Part shown: one piece after another, positions 26,395 through 36,432 of the stretch | Numbering within the stretch: the first letter of the stretch is position 1 | Layout of the letters: each line of letters begins with the position of its first letter | DNA from: Geopsychrobacteraceae bacterium | GTDB lineage: Bacteria > Desulfobacterota > Desulfuromonadia > Desulfuromonadales > Geopsychrobacteraceae | Assembly (NCBI GenBank): GCA_963676795.2 | Contig: CAXXTB010000002.1 | Location: forward strand, 896,001 to 960,000 | Length of the DNA stretch: 64,000 bases | Direction of reading: 5' to 3' | The notes under the pieces: generated by a model | The model's input: the letters and a program-made list of their open reading frames with translations, nothing else | Databases searched by the model: none | What the model was told of the DNA's origin: nothing | Made by a program: the position numbers and the translations under genes

Positions 26395-29337
26395 GTGATG
26401 AAACATGTGGGAGCCACATTTATTTATCTGATCAAGCTATTCCAAGGGCATTCCAGCCGCTTGATGCTCTCCTTTCTGCTGGTGGCTCTGATTCCTCTGG
26501 CCCTTGTCGTCTATATCAATTCCAATGCAACGCGTGATGCCCTGGAGAAGGAGGCCTATAACGCTCTCTATGCCGCAGCATCGCATACGGCTCTGCGCCT
26601 GGACAATTTTATCGACAACAACCTGAAAATGCTTGAGACCGAAGCCCGACTTCGGGACTTTACCGGTTATCTGCAACTTCCCGCAACCCAGGCGAGCCTC
26701 TATCTGTCTGATCGCGTTAGACCTCTGCTCAGATCGCTGATGCAGAAAGATCCCACGTTTATCGATTCCTACGCCTTACTCGACATCAGCGGACGCAGCG
26801 TTGTTGATACCGACCGCCGGCGTCAGGGACAGGACTTCTCTTCCCGAACGTTCTTTCAGAAAGCGTTGGAAAGCGGCTTGCCCTCTGTTTCCAATGTTGA
26901 GTTTGAGAAAAACGACCAGGCCCTGCTGTTTTTCAGCAGTCCGGTTTTTGATGTCAAAGGTCGGATCATCGGTGTTCTGCTGGCCCGCTACAGCGCGGCG
27001 ATTCTTCACCAGCTGCTGATACAGGATACCGGGCTGGTCGGCAGCCGCTCCTTCGCTATGCTGACCAACGAGCATTCGCTGCTGCTGGGCTACGGACTCT
27101 ACCCCTACGTCGGTGTCCGGGACCTGCTCTATCAGCCGACTTTTAAGATCAGTGACAGCAGGACCAGAGACCTGCGAGCGAGGCTACTGCTGCCGGCAAC
27201 TGTTGAGTCAGAAGGGCTGACGCAGTTTGCTGAACTGTCGACCCGGCTGGAGTCGGTCAACCAGGCTCATCCCTTCTTCATTGCCCAATTGCCGGGGACA
27301 GGGGGAAGTCAGGATGATTACGCTGCGGCGATGGTTGAATTGCACACCGTCTCCTGGCGGATACTGTTTTTTCAGCCGAGCAGTGTCTTCAACGGTCCAG
27401 CCCGGGAACAGCTCTATCAGTCGGTTTACCCGGCACTGGGGCTGGCCTTGATGATCGTTGTCACGGCGCTGGGCTGGGCCTACTGGTTGTCCCGGCCGTT
27501 GAAGGATCTGACGGAAACGGCGCAACGGATTGCTGACGGAGACCTTTCGGCCAAAAGCCGGATGGCCCTGAACAGTGGTCAGGAGATCGGAGTGCTGGCG
27601 CGCTCCTTTGACCAGATGACAGCGCAGCTGCGGCGGCGGATCGATCTGGAAGCGCTGATCTCAGATATTTCACGGCAGTTTGTCGCCCTGGAAAGCCCCT
27701 CCATCGAGGAGACCGTCAACACTGTCCTGAAGCAGCTCAGCACATACCTGGGCGCTGACAGGGCGTTTGTCATGCAGGTTGACGCTGAAGACAGGTCCAG
27801 ACTGATTATGACCGGATACTGGTGCGGCAGTGAGACGAACGCGGGTGCTGACTCTGCATCGCCTGCAGCCCTGGAGATTCTGGCGCATCCCAGCCTCTAC
27901 GCACTGTTCAAACGGGGGGAGCAATTGCGCTTTGCCACGCTCACTGAGGCGCCACTGCCTGAGGATGAAAAAGGTTTCTGGGCCAGGCGCGGTGCGCAGG
28001 CCGTGCTCTGCAGCGGCCTGACGGCCGGACATGATTTCGGCGGTATTCTGGGGCTGGAGGTCATATCGAAGAAACGCCCCTGGAGCGAATCCGACTGCTA
28101 CCTGGTACGTATAACGGCGGAAATTCTCAGCCGGGCTCTGGAGCATCGGCATATCGAAGAACAGAAAAAGATTCTGGAGAGCCAGTTACAGCAGTCTGCC
28201 AAGCTGGAAGCGGTCGGCACACTGGCCGGCGGGATCGCCCATGATTTTAACAACCTGTTGCAGGGCATCTCCGGCTACCTGCAGTTGCTGCTGTTCAAGA
28301 AGGAGGAGGGTGATCCCGACCGTGAGACGCTGATAAAGGCAGAAGCCGCAACGACACGGGCGGCAGCACTGGTCCGGCGGATGATGGCCTTCAGCCGCAA
28401 GGTTGATGTCGAGCGCGGGGCGGTCGGGATTGACAGCGTGGTGATGACAACCCTCGACCTGCTTGAACGGGCGATCCCTAAAATGGTTGAGATCGAACTG
28501 CAGCTTGCCCCGGATCTGCCCCAGGTGATGACCGATGCCAATCAGCTGGAGCAGATCATCGTCAACCTGGTCAATAATTCTGTCGATGCCATGAACGGTT
28601 CGGGGCATCTGACGATTTCAGCTCAGGTTGTGAGCCTGGCGGCTGAGTCAGCCGAACTGCCTCTGGCTGCAGGGGATTACGTGAAGCTGTCGGTCACCGA
28701 TACCGGCTCTGGTATGGACGAAGCGACCAAACAGAGAATTTTCGAGCCCTTTTTCACCACCAAGGAGGTCGGTCGCGGAACCGGGCTGGGGTTGGCGACC
28801 TCCTATTCCATCGTCAAGGCGCATAACGGATTTATCGATTGTGTCAGCGCTCCGGGGGAGGGGACCCGTTTCGATATCTATCTGCCGGTCGCGGATGCGA
28901 ACAGCGTTACGGTTGCGGGACAGGATGATCCCGGCGAACTCCGACGCGGTGATGAACGGATCCTGATCGTTGATGATGAAGAGACGCTGCGAAATCTGAC
29001 CAAAGATTTTCTGGAAAATCTGGGCTATCAACTGGAAACAGCAGAGAGTGCCGAGGCCGCTCTGGAACTCTGCAGCCGTGAAGACCATCCTTATCGATTG
29101 ATTCTGATGGATCTGGGGATGCCGGGAATCGGCGGAGAGGCCGGGCTGGCCAAATTGCGCGAGATCGATCGAGAGACCCCGGTGCTGGTCGCCTCCGGTT
29201 ATACCGGTCACCGGGTTTCTGCCGATCCGCAAGCCTTCGGGGCGCAGGGCTTTATCACCAAACCATACAACCTGATCCGGCTGTCGCGGGTTGTCAGGCA
29301 GCTACTCGATGAGAGGACTGTGAAGGGTGATGGGTGA
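26395..29337 (+). CDS. hybrid sensor histidine kinase (Cache-HAMP-GAF-HisKA-HATPase-REC)
   Basis: Two TM helices, EIG.LA..F HAMP, AGGIAHDFNN, DTGSG, FFTTK, GTGLGL, REC ILIVDDE / LMD / KP. Confidence 0.93.
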   Translation: MMKHVGATFIYLIKLFQGHSSRLMLSFLLVALIPLALVVYINSNATRDALEKEAYNALYAAASHTALRLDNFIDNNLKMLETEARLRDFTGYLQLPATQASLYLSDRVRPLLRSLMQKDPTFIDSYALLDISGRSVVDTDRRRQGQDFSSRTFFQKALESGLPSVSNVEFEKNDQALLFFSSPVFDVKGRIIGVLLARYSAAILHQLLIQDTGLVGSRSFAMLTNEHSLLLGYGLYPYVGVRDLLYQPTFKISDSRTRDLRARLLLPATVESEGLTQFAELSTRLESVNQAHPFFIAQLPGTGGSQDDYAAAMVELHTVSWRILFFQPSSVFNGPAREQLYQSVYPALGLALMIVVTALGWAYWLSRPLKDLTETAQRIADGDLSAKSRMALNSGQEIGVLARSFDQMTAQLRRRIDLEALISDISRQFVALESPSIEETVNTVLKQLSTYLGADRAFVMQVDAEDRSRLIMTGYWCGSETNAGADSASPAALEILAHPSLYALFKRGEQLRFATLTEAPLPEDEKGFWARRGAQAVLCSGLTAGHDFGGILGLEVISKKRPWSESDCYLVRITAEILSRALEHRHIEEQKKILESQLQQSAKLEAVGTLAGGIAHDFNNLLQGISGYLQLLLFKKEEGDPDRETLIKAEAATTRAAALVRRMMAFSRKVDVERGAVGIDSVVMTTLDLLERAIPKMVEIELQLAPDLPQVMTDANQLEQIIVNLVNNSVDAMNGSGHLTISAQVVSLAAESAELPLAAGDYVKLSVTDTGSGMDEATKQRIFEPFFTTKEVGRGTGLGLATSYSIVKAHNGFIDCVSAPGEGTRFDIYLPVADANSVTVAGQDDPGELRRGDERILIVDDEETLRNLTKDFLENLGYQLETAESAEAALELCSREDHPYRLILMDLGMPGIGGEAGLAKLREIDRETPVLVASGYTGHRVSADPQAFGAQGFITKPYNLIRLSRVVRQLLDERTVKGDG

Positions 29338-29385
29338 AGGTGGTGCGTTTTTGACGCTTGCTGTCGTTTCTGCGATAAAAAAATC

Positions 29386-29413
29386 TAAATTCCTCTGATC
29401 AAGCCGTCGATAA
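29386..29413 (+). promoter_or_regulatory. possible sigma28 (FliA)-type promoter
   Basis: TAAA-N16-GTCGATAA versus consensus TAAA-N15-GCCGATAA. Confidence 0.35.
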
Positions 29414-29468
29414 GTAACCGCCAAGTCTACCCTCCCTTCCGGCACAGCCCTTTGGACCGTCACGGAGG

Positions 29469-30578
29469 ATGGCCATGATTATTCAAAGTTCTCAGATCGC
29501 CATGGCGAGTCAGCGTCAGGCAACCAGGTATGAAGAGGAAACGGAAAGCCTCAACTACTGGAACAATTCTGCAAGCGAAGACGATGCCCAGAAGGCGGTG
29601 GCGGGCCTGCAGATCAAAAGCGATACGATCACCATTTCCCACCAGCAAACCGAGCAGCTCTCCATTTCCCAGATTCAGACCCCGACACCGGTCAAACGGG
29701 TCGAAAAGAGCGACGAACTGGAGTTCGAAGAGGATCTCAGGCACGGCTGGAAGCTGAATCTGCTGCGCCGCCTTGTTTCGCAACTGACCGGTAAGGAGAT
29801 CAAGCTGTTCAAAGCCAGCGATTTCATGGACGATGACCAGAGCGTTGCCCCGCCAGATGGCCAGGCTCCGGTTACTGAGCCGACAGCACAACAACAGGCT
29901 CCGGAGCTGGAAGGCTGGGGGCTGAGCTATCATTATCAGCACAGCACCTATGAGAGCGAACGGACCAGCTTTGCCGCCCAGGGAAGTGTCACCACCGCTG
30001 ACGGCCGCGAGATCAATCTCAACATCGGCCTGACCATGAGTCGCGAGTTTTTCAGTCAGGAAGTGATCGATCTGCGCGCCGGTGATGCACTGAAGGATCC
30101 GCTGGTGCTCAATTTCTCCGGGACGGCTGCCCAGCTTGAAGAGACCGATCTGCAGTTCGATATCGATCTTGACGGGACGGCTGATCAGCTGAAATTCGTC
30201 TCGGCCGGCAGCGGTTTCCTGGCCCTCGACAGGAACGTAGACGGCCAGATCAATGACGGCAGTGAGCTGTTCGGGCCATCGAGCGGTGACGGCTTTGCCG
30301 AACTCGCGGCCTACGACAGCGACGGCAACAACTGGATCGACGAGAACGATGCGATCTACGACCGGTTGCGCATCTGGGAACGGAATGCGCAAGGGGAATA
30401 CAGCCTGCTGGCGCTCGGACAGCGCGGTGTGGGGGCGATCTATCTCGACCGGGTGGCGACGGAATTTTCAATCAATGACGAGCAGAACAACCAACTCGGC
30501 GCGGTGCGGACAACCGGACTCTTCCTCCAGGAGAACGGACTGGCCGGGACGGTTCAGCAGCTGGATCTGGTGGTCTAG
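29469..30578 (+). CDS. hypothetical protein with Ca-binding-like DxDG repeats (domain also seen in RTX-associated proteins)
   Basis: DPLVLNF, FDIDLDG, GFLALDRN.DG.INDGSELFG, YDSDGN..IDEND; GGAGG RBS. Confidence 0.8.
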   Translation: MAMIIQSSQIAMASQRQATRYEEETESLNYWNNSASEDDAQKAVAGLQIKSDTITISHQQTEQLSISQIQTPTPVKRVEKSDELEFEEDLRHGWKLNLLRRLVSQLTGKEIKLFKASDFMDDDQSVAPPDGQAPVTEPTAQQQAPELEGWGLSYHYQHSTYESERTSFAAQGSVTTADGREINLNIGLTMSREFFSQEVIDLRAGDALKDPLVLNFSGTAAQLEETDLQFDIDLDGTADQLKFVSAGSGFLALDRNVDGQINDGSELFGPSSGDGFAELAAYDSDGNNWIDENDAIYDRLRIWERNAQGEYSLLALGQRGVGAIYLDRVATEFSINDEQNNQLGAVRTTGLFLQENGLAGTVQQLDLVV

Positions 30579-30616
30579 GAGGCAACAATGCCTGGCAACG
30601 GTTGTTTTATGAATCC

Positions 30617-31150
30617 AAGCCGGGAACCGGCTTTGCGACTGCGCGAATCGAGGCGCGTAGCGCCGCGTCTGAGCGTGCAGAGAATAGCAGCTCTAAAGCT
30701 ACGAAGAACATCCTGAAGAATTTTCGTCAGTGATTTCAAAAAGTTTTCTTATATGTTACGTTTTCTTTGTCACCACAAAGAAAATGAACCCGGCTGGCGG
30801 GCCGGGACCCGCCGGTGTTGGTTCTGATGTTTGTTGATGTTGTTTTTTTAAGATCAAAACCTCGGGGTCGCGGCCCCGAACGCCGCCATACTTTTTGTAA
30901 GGGCTGAAAAAAAGTATGCAAAAAACAGCCTTTTTACATTGTCGACAGTGTTTCTGCGTCTCTGCGGAGCATCCCGCCAGCACCTGAAAACGCGCCCAAC
31001 GATGGGCTTTGCCCATCTGACGGGCAGAATCGCAAAAACTCCGCTAGCGGAGTTTCGATGGAAATTTGTGGAAACAAGCCTTCATTCGCGATCTGAGTTT
31101 TGTCACCCACCAGGCAGTCTTAGAGCTGCACTTGCTCGTGTGCCCTGAGA
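30617..31150. repeat. structured non-coding element; first about 200 bp repeated at 63540-63735
   Basis: GCGCGTAGCGC, TTTTCTTTGTCACCACAAAGAAAA and GGCGGGCCGGGACCCGCC hairpins; oppositely oriented related module at 30860-30930. Confidence 0.75.
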
Positions 31151-31242
31151 AAGATCAAGCGCTCCAACGGTTTTTTGTGCTAGGATCATAGCGCTTTACC
31201 GACACTGTATTAATCCCGACTGCTTGTGAGAGTGAACTGTCC

Positions 31243-32415
31243 ATGCTGCTGAATTACCTGGCTCTGCTTAAGGAAATCGGTGTTTTAGATCTGTTCGATA
31301 TCTGTGCCTCTGCCTGTGTGCTGTGGTTCGGTTTTACTGTCTTTCAGTTCCGCCGGACCTGGAAGATCGGTGCCGGGCTGGTCTGTTACGGGCTGATTCT
31401 CCTGATTGCCAGTGAACTGGAACTGGCCCTGACCTATCGGCTTCTCCAGGGGCTCTTTGCGGTTGTCGTCCTGGTGGTTGTCGTTGTGTATCAGAACGAA
31501 CTGCGCCGGGTGCTCAAGGAACTGACCCAGATGTTCTTTGCCCGGAACCGGGCGCCGCTCTGGCATGGCAGCGTCTCCGAGCTGCTGGTCAAGGTGGCCT
31601 ATGAACTCTCGGCGCGGCGCTGGGGTGCGCTGATCGTTCTACCGGGACGGATCGAGCTTGAAACGCTGATTACCGAGGGCTTCAAGCTCGATGGGGTGAT
31701 CAACCGCCCGTTGCTGATGAGTCTGTTCGATCCTCATTCGCCAGGGCATGACGGCGCTCTGGTGGTACGCGGCGAACGGATCGAGCTGTTCGGCAGCCGC
31801 CTGCCGCTGACAGAGCGTGATGAACAGTTGAACGAAAAGGGGACGCGCCACGCTGCCGCCGTCGGCCTGACGGAGAAATGCGATGCGTTGGTGCTGGTCG
31901 TCTCCGAGGAGAGCGGCAATATCTCGATCGCCCGCGAGGGAAACCTCAACCTGATTGCCGACAGTCAGTCCCTGTTGTCGGAACTGCGCGAGTTCCGCCG
32001 CAGAGCAGGAACCCCGGAGCTGGTCCAGACCAGATCTCTGCCTTATCTGCGTATGGCACTACGGATGTTCTTTGCCCTGATTGTGACCTCTGTCTTCTGG
32101 CTGGTCCTGGTGCCCGGCTCCGCAGTGGTGACCACCAGCTTTGATGTGCCGATCGAGGTTCAGAATATTCCTGAAGGGTACACACTTGCCTCGGTCACAC
32201 CGCCGACTGCGACTGTTGCCTTGACCGGAGAGCGCCGGGCACTGTTCAAGCTGCGCGATAGCGATCTGCTCATTTCACTGGATGGAACCCTGACCGCACT
32301 GGGGCGCCAGACCTATTCCCTCAACAGTTCGCAGATGATGGTGCCTGCCGATCTGGAGGTGGACAAGATCAGCCCGGCATCGGTCAAGGTTCTGGTCGAC
32401 AGGGGCAACAACTAG
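31243..32415 (+). CDS. diadenylate cyclase (DisA_N/DacA) fused to a C-terminal YbbR domain
   Basis: Three N-terminal TMs, GALIV, HDGAL, GTRHAAA, VSEESG.IS, then TM and YbbR-like VPIEVQNIP..V.LTG. Confidence 0.88.
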   Translation: MLLNYLALLKEIGVLDLFDICASACVLWFGFTVFQFRRTWKIGAGLVCYGLILLIASELELALTYRLLQGLFAVVVLVVVVVYQNELRRVLKELTQMFFARNRAPLWHGSVSELLVKVAYELSARRWGALIVLPGRIELETLITEGFKLDGVINRPLLMSLFDPHSPGHDGALVVRGERIELFGSRLPLTERDEQLNEKGTRHAAAVGLTEKCDALVLVVSEESGNISIAREGNLNLIADSQSLLSELREFRRRAGTPELVQTRSLPYLRMALRMFFALIVTSVFWLVLVPGSAVVTTSFDVPIEVQNIPEGYTLASVTPPTATVALTGERRALFKLRDSDLLISLDGTLTALGRQTYSLNSSQMMVPADLEVDKISPASVKVLVDRGNN

Positions 32416-32555
32416 GGGCGCTTGGCCAGACAAAAAAGCTTGCTGGCTAAAACAGCGGGGTTGCTGACGCAACAGGTTGGTGATCCCGTTTTTCGTTGCG
32501 GCAGAGCAGGGGATTTGTCTGGTCGTTGTTCGCCAATCCGGCTATGCTGCCGCTC

Positions 32556-33758
32556 ATGGCAAATCTCACCAGCAATATCAAAAAGCTCTACGCATTCTCC
32601 TTCCTGCAGATGAGCCTCTTCCCGATGGCGATCATCACGCTGTTCTGGAAGGATCAGATCGGCATGAGCCTGACCCGGATTCTGCTGCTGCAGGGGATCT
32701 TCGCCGTGGCCATGGTGGTCATGGAGTACCCTTCCGGCTACGTCAGTGACCGGATCGGTTACCGCCGGGCGCTCAACTGTGCGGCCCTGCTCGGCATCGT
32801 CGGCTGGGGGCTGTACACGGTGGCCGAGTCGTTCAGCGGGGTGCTGATCGCCGAAATCTTCCTCGGGATCTCCATGTCCTTTGTCAGCGGTTCGGACAGT
32901 GCCCTGTTGTTCGAAAGCCTCAAGGCCGATGGCCGGGAGCTGGATTATACCCGTCACCAGGGGCGGGTCAGTGGTGCAGGACAGATTGGTGAGGCCTGTG
33001 GAGCTCTGTTTGCCGGTCTGCTCTATGCCATGTGTCCGCTCTTGCCGTTTTTGATTCAGGTGGTGGTCTGGATCCTGATCTTTTTCCTGACCCGCACCCT
33101 GAGCGAACCGCAGCGCCTGGAGCCTGCCCCCGTCAGCCATTTTGCCGAAGCCTGGCGCTCGACCCGTTATGCGCTGATCGAGAACAAGCGGCTGCGCTAC
33201 ACCATCCTGCTCAATCTGGTGCTGGGACTGGCATCCTTCTATCCGGTCTGGCTGATTCAGCCCTATATGCAGGACGCAGGCGTGCCGCTCAGCTGGTTCG
33301 GCCCGGTCTGGGCGGTGGCCAACTTAAGCGTCGCGCTGTTTGCTCTGGTCAGTCATCGCTTTTACTTCTGGCTGGGGGACAGGTGGATGGTGGTGCTGTT
33401 CGGCGCATTGATCATCGCCGGTTTTCTCGGCCTGGGACTGGCTGGCGGGCTGTGGGGCTTTGCCTTCTACTACCTGTTGACCAGCATGCGCGGCCTGCGT
33501 GGCCCGGTGCTGCTCAACCATGCCCAGCAGGAAATCCCTTCCGCCAACCGGGCTGGACTCCTTTCGCTGCAGTCGCTCTGTTTTCGCCTTGGTTTTGTCT
33601 GTACCGGTCCACTGATCGGGCGGCTGGCTGACCGGATCGGGGTCGGGCAGAGTTTTCTTTTTCTGGGTTTCGCCTATATCCCTGTCCTGCTGGTGTCGAT
33701 CTGGCTGTTTCTTGGTCAGTTGCCTGGGAGAAAGCAATCATCACCTCAGAGTCACTGA
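32556..33758 (+). CDS. MFS transporter
   Basis: EYPSGYVSDRIGYRR motif A, SGSDSALLFESL; about 12 TMs; start may be 32544. Confidence 0.9.
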   Translation: MANLTSNIKKLYAFSFLQMSLFPMAIITLFWKDQIGMSLTRILLLQGIFAVAMVVMEYPSGYVSDRIGYRRALNCAALLGIVGWGLYTVAESFSGVLIAEIFLGISMSFVSGSDSALLFESLKADGRELDYTRHQGRVSGAGQIGEACGALFAGLLYAMCPLLPFLIQVVVWILIFFLTRTLSEPQRLEPAPVSHFAEAWRSTRYALIENKRLRYTILLNLVLGLASFYPVWLIQPYMQDAGVPLSWFGPVWAVANLSVALFALVSHRFYFWLGDRWMVVLFGALIIAGFLGLGLAGGLWGFAFYYLLTSMRGLRGPVLLNHAQQEIPSANRAGLLSLQSLCFRLGFVCTGPLIGRLADRIGVGQSFLFLGFAYIPVLLVSIWLFLGQLPGRKQSSPQSH

Positions 33759-33778
33759 GAAATACCCAAAACCGATAT

Positions 33779-33997
33779 CGCACGCGAAGCCGCGAAGAAC
33801 GCGAAGAAAATCCTGAACCAATTAGGCCACAGACAGAGACGGACAACGTCTGACACAAGCCTTTACCAGGCAGGAATGCAGGGGATAACCCTGCTCTTTT
33901 TCCGTGAGTCTGGGCGAGGAAATCTTTGCTTATTTTTCGTAATTTTCGTGCTTTTCGTGGACAAAGATCTATCGCCTTCGCGGCTTCGCGTGAGGCT
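33779..33997. repeat. composite intergenic palindromic repeat (homologous to 4504-4737)
   Basis: CGCACGCGAAGCCGCGAAGAACGCGAAG ... CTTCGCGGCTTCGCGTGAG. Confidence 0.8.
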
Positions 33998-34144
33998 GAT
34001 TTTGATCCAAGGTGCTGATCTGCTTCCGTCGCTGAGAGCGGTAAGAAAGTCTGTAGCGAACGCCTGAATTGAGCAACTGTAGTTATTTGCAGTAAAACTC
34101 ATTAAAAACTTGCAAATACATAAAAATAAATGTTAAAAGGTCGC

Positions 34145-34264
34145 TTACTACTTCTTCTGTTTATGAAATTCTCTCCCGTGCAATACTGGACACATTGCCG
34201 GGAGATATTTGTTTGCGGAGAGAAATTTAAACAGGCCCAGTCATGACAGACTGGGTCTTTTTTT
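34145..34264 (+). ncRNA. candidate small RNA
   Basis: Downstream of TTGCAA (34110) in an AT-rich stretch; CTGTTTA/TAAACAG and TCTCCCG/CGGGAGA stems; ends in intrinsic terminator. Confidence 0.35.
34234..34264 (+). terminator. intrinsic terminator
   Basis: GGCCCAGTC-ATGACA-GACTGGGTC followed by T7. Confidence 0.75.
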
Positions 34265-34405
34265 ATTTCCACTGGTCCGAACCAGTCTGGACTCTCAGGC
34301 TGTTGGTATAATTGGTGTAATTGGAAACCTGCAGGCACACATGGCACGGGCTTTGTCGTGATACACTGTGAAGACAGAAGGTTCTGCTGAAACAAAATTA
34401 CGGAG

Positions 34406-34858
34406 GTGTTGATGAGGAAAAATATTCTTTCCGGTGTGACCCTTATGCTCCTCGCCGGCATGGTGTCGACAACCTGGTCAGGGGAAACTGGCGCTCTGGG
34501 GGTTGTCGATGGCAGATTGGCCGCGTGCCCCACGTCCCCCAACTGTGTCAGCAGCCAGGCCGATCCTCAGGATCTCAGGCATTACATTGCGCCCTTGGCC
34601 TATCAGGGCGATCGAGAGAGCGCTCGGGAGAAGCTCGTCACGCTGCTTGAAGGGCAAAAGCGGGTCTCTTTGGTCGTCCGGAACGATGACTATCTGCGTG
34701 CCGAGTTCAGATCTCTGCTGTTCCGGTTTGTCGATGATGTTGAATTCTATCTGGCCGATGAGGGGCGTATCGATGTGCGCTCTGCTTCCCGGCTTGGCTA
34801 CAGCGACCTCGGTGTCAATCGCAAGCGGATTGAAAAGCTCAGATCAGAGTTTGAGTGA
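34406..34858 (+). CDS. DUF1499 family protein
   Basis: LAACPTSPNCVSSQ, FVDDVEF, VRSASRLGYSDLGVNRKRIE. Confidence 0.92.
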   Translation: MLMRKNILSGVTLMLLAGMVSTTWSGETGALGVVDGRLAACPTSPNCVSSQADPQDLRHYIAPLAYQGDRESAREKLVTLLEGQKRVSLVVRNDDYLRAEFRSLLFRFVDDVEFYLADEGRIDVRSASRLGYSDLGVNRKRIEKLRSEFE

Positions 34859-35049
34859 CGAGGACGCTGCGCCGGAAAGACATTCGCTCTGATTATATGG
34901 CGTAGTGCTGAAGGTCAGGAGCGATCCCCGCTGTCCAGCCAGGGTTTGTTTCTCGATCCCCCTGATTGCCCCTTTCCGTTTCGGCAAGCGCCTGTCGGCT
35001 TAATACTCCTCTTCGTCAGGTTCTGCCGTTGCTCTCGCCTTTCAGCGGC

Positions 35050-36432
35050 TCAAGCGTCATGCGTCGCGTGCTGGCGATACATCCTGAGGATGATGTTGCG
35101 CGACAGGAACATGGCGACCGTTGCGGCGACAAGTTCGGTCACCAGACGGGCAGCGAAGACACCGTCCAGTCCCCACAGGTAGGAGCCCAGATAGGAGAGC
35201 GGGACGAGCAGCACGAAGGTCCGCAGCAGGCTGAGCAGGGCTGAAAGGCCTGGTTTCTGAACCCCGGTCAGGCAGAAGGTGCTATAGCGGAAGGCTTCTG
35301 TCACCCCGTATCCGAAACAGATGATGCGGATCGCCCGGATCATAACATCGATGACCTGAGGATCGCTGGAGAACAGTCTGGCCATGTACGGAGCCAGCAG
35401 AAAGAAGGCGACGGTGGTCGCCAGTCCATAGATCAGGGCGAAATGACGCGTGACCCTCTGTGCCTCGAGGATGCGCGGGTAGGCCTTGGCTCCGTAGTTC
35501 TGAGCGACGAAGGGGACCAGGGAGACACCGATCGACATCGGGATCATGAAGGCGAAGGTTTCCAGCCGCGCGGTGGCGCCGATAGCGGCGACGGCGGCAG
35601 CCCCGTAACCGGCGATGATGCGCGTGACCACCGCCATCGACAGCGGGTTGAGCAGGTTGCCGAGGATGGTCGGCACACTGATGCGCAGGATACTCTTCCA
35701 GGATCTCAGCAGGCGCTTGCGCTGCGGGATCTTCCAGCGGATCAGGTTGTGCCTGAAGGTCAGGATATAGAGCGGAAAGAGCAGGGAGAAGATCTGGGCG
35801 ATAACGGTGGCAAGCGCCGCACCGCTGATCCCCATGGCCGGAACCGGTCCGAGTCCGAAGATCATCAGCGGGTCGAGAACGAGGTTCAGCAGGGTACCGG
35901 TCATCATCGAGACACTCGCCGCCCGGGTATCGCCGGTGCCGGTCAGGATCTGGGTCATGATCGCCGGAACGGCCATGACGATAGCGCCGGCGAACCAGAT
36001 GCGCATATAGCTGATAACCTCGTCAAGAACCTGCCCCTCGGCCCCCAGGGCGGCAAACAGTGGACTGACACTCAGCTGACCGACGATCATGATCAGCAGA
36101 GAAAAGAGCAGGGCGAGCAGCAGCGCATGGGTGGTCAGACGTTTGGCGTTATCGCGGTCGTTACTGCCGATGGCGTGGGCAATGATCGCCAGGGCGCCGG
36201 TGCCCAGGCCCATGGTGATAAAGCGCAGGATCATGACCACCGGAAAGGTGAACGACATGGCTGCCAGTTCGGTGGTTCCCAGGCGTGAGACGAACCAGGT
36301 GTCGGTCAGGTTGTAGGCGTTCATGGCAAAGGTGCCGGCCAGCATCGGTATGGCCATGCGCAGCAGGGTGCTGGTCACCTTCCCTTCGGTCAGGTTATGG
36401 CGGCGGTTCGGTTTGAAGTTACTGCTTTTCAT
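35050..36432 (-). CDS. MATE family efflux transporter
   Basis: YNLTDTWFV, NLVLDPLMIFG, GISGAALATV, QNYGA. Confidence 0.92.
   Translation of the reverse strand: MKSSNFKPNRRHNLTEGKVTSTLLRMAIPMLAGTFAMNAYNLTDTWFVSRLGTTELAAMSFTFPVVMILRFITMGLGTGALAIIAHAIGSNDRDNAKRLTTHALLLALLFSLLIMIVGQLSVSPLFAALGAEGQVLDEVISYMRIWFAGAIVMAVPAIMTQILTGTGDTRAASVSMMTGTLLNLVLDPLMIFGLGPVPAMGISGAALATVIAQIFSLLFPLYILTFRHNLIRWKIPQRKRLLRSWKSILRISVPTILGNLLNPLSMAVVTRIIAGYGAAAVAAIGATARLETFAFMIPMSIGVSLVPFVAQNYGAKAYPRILEAQRVTRHFALIYGLATTVAFFLLAPYMARLFSSDPQVIDVMIRAIRIICFGYGVTEAFRYSTFCLTGVQKPGLSALLSLLRTFVLLVPLSYLGSYLWGLDGVFAARLVTELVAATVAMFLSRNIILRMYRQHATHDA

Noticed and set aside
34342..34356. sigma54 promoter TGGCACG-N4-TTGT before the DUF1499 gene
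   Set aside because: The -12 element lacks the conserved GC; not supportable alone
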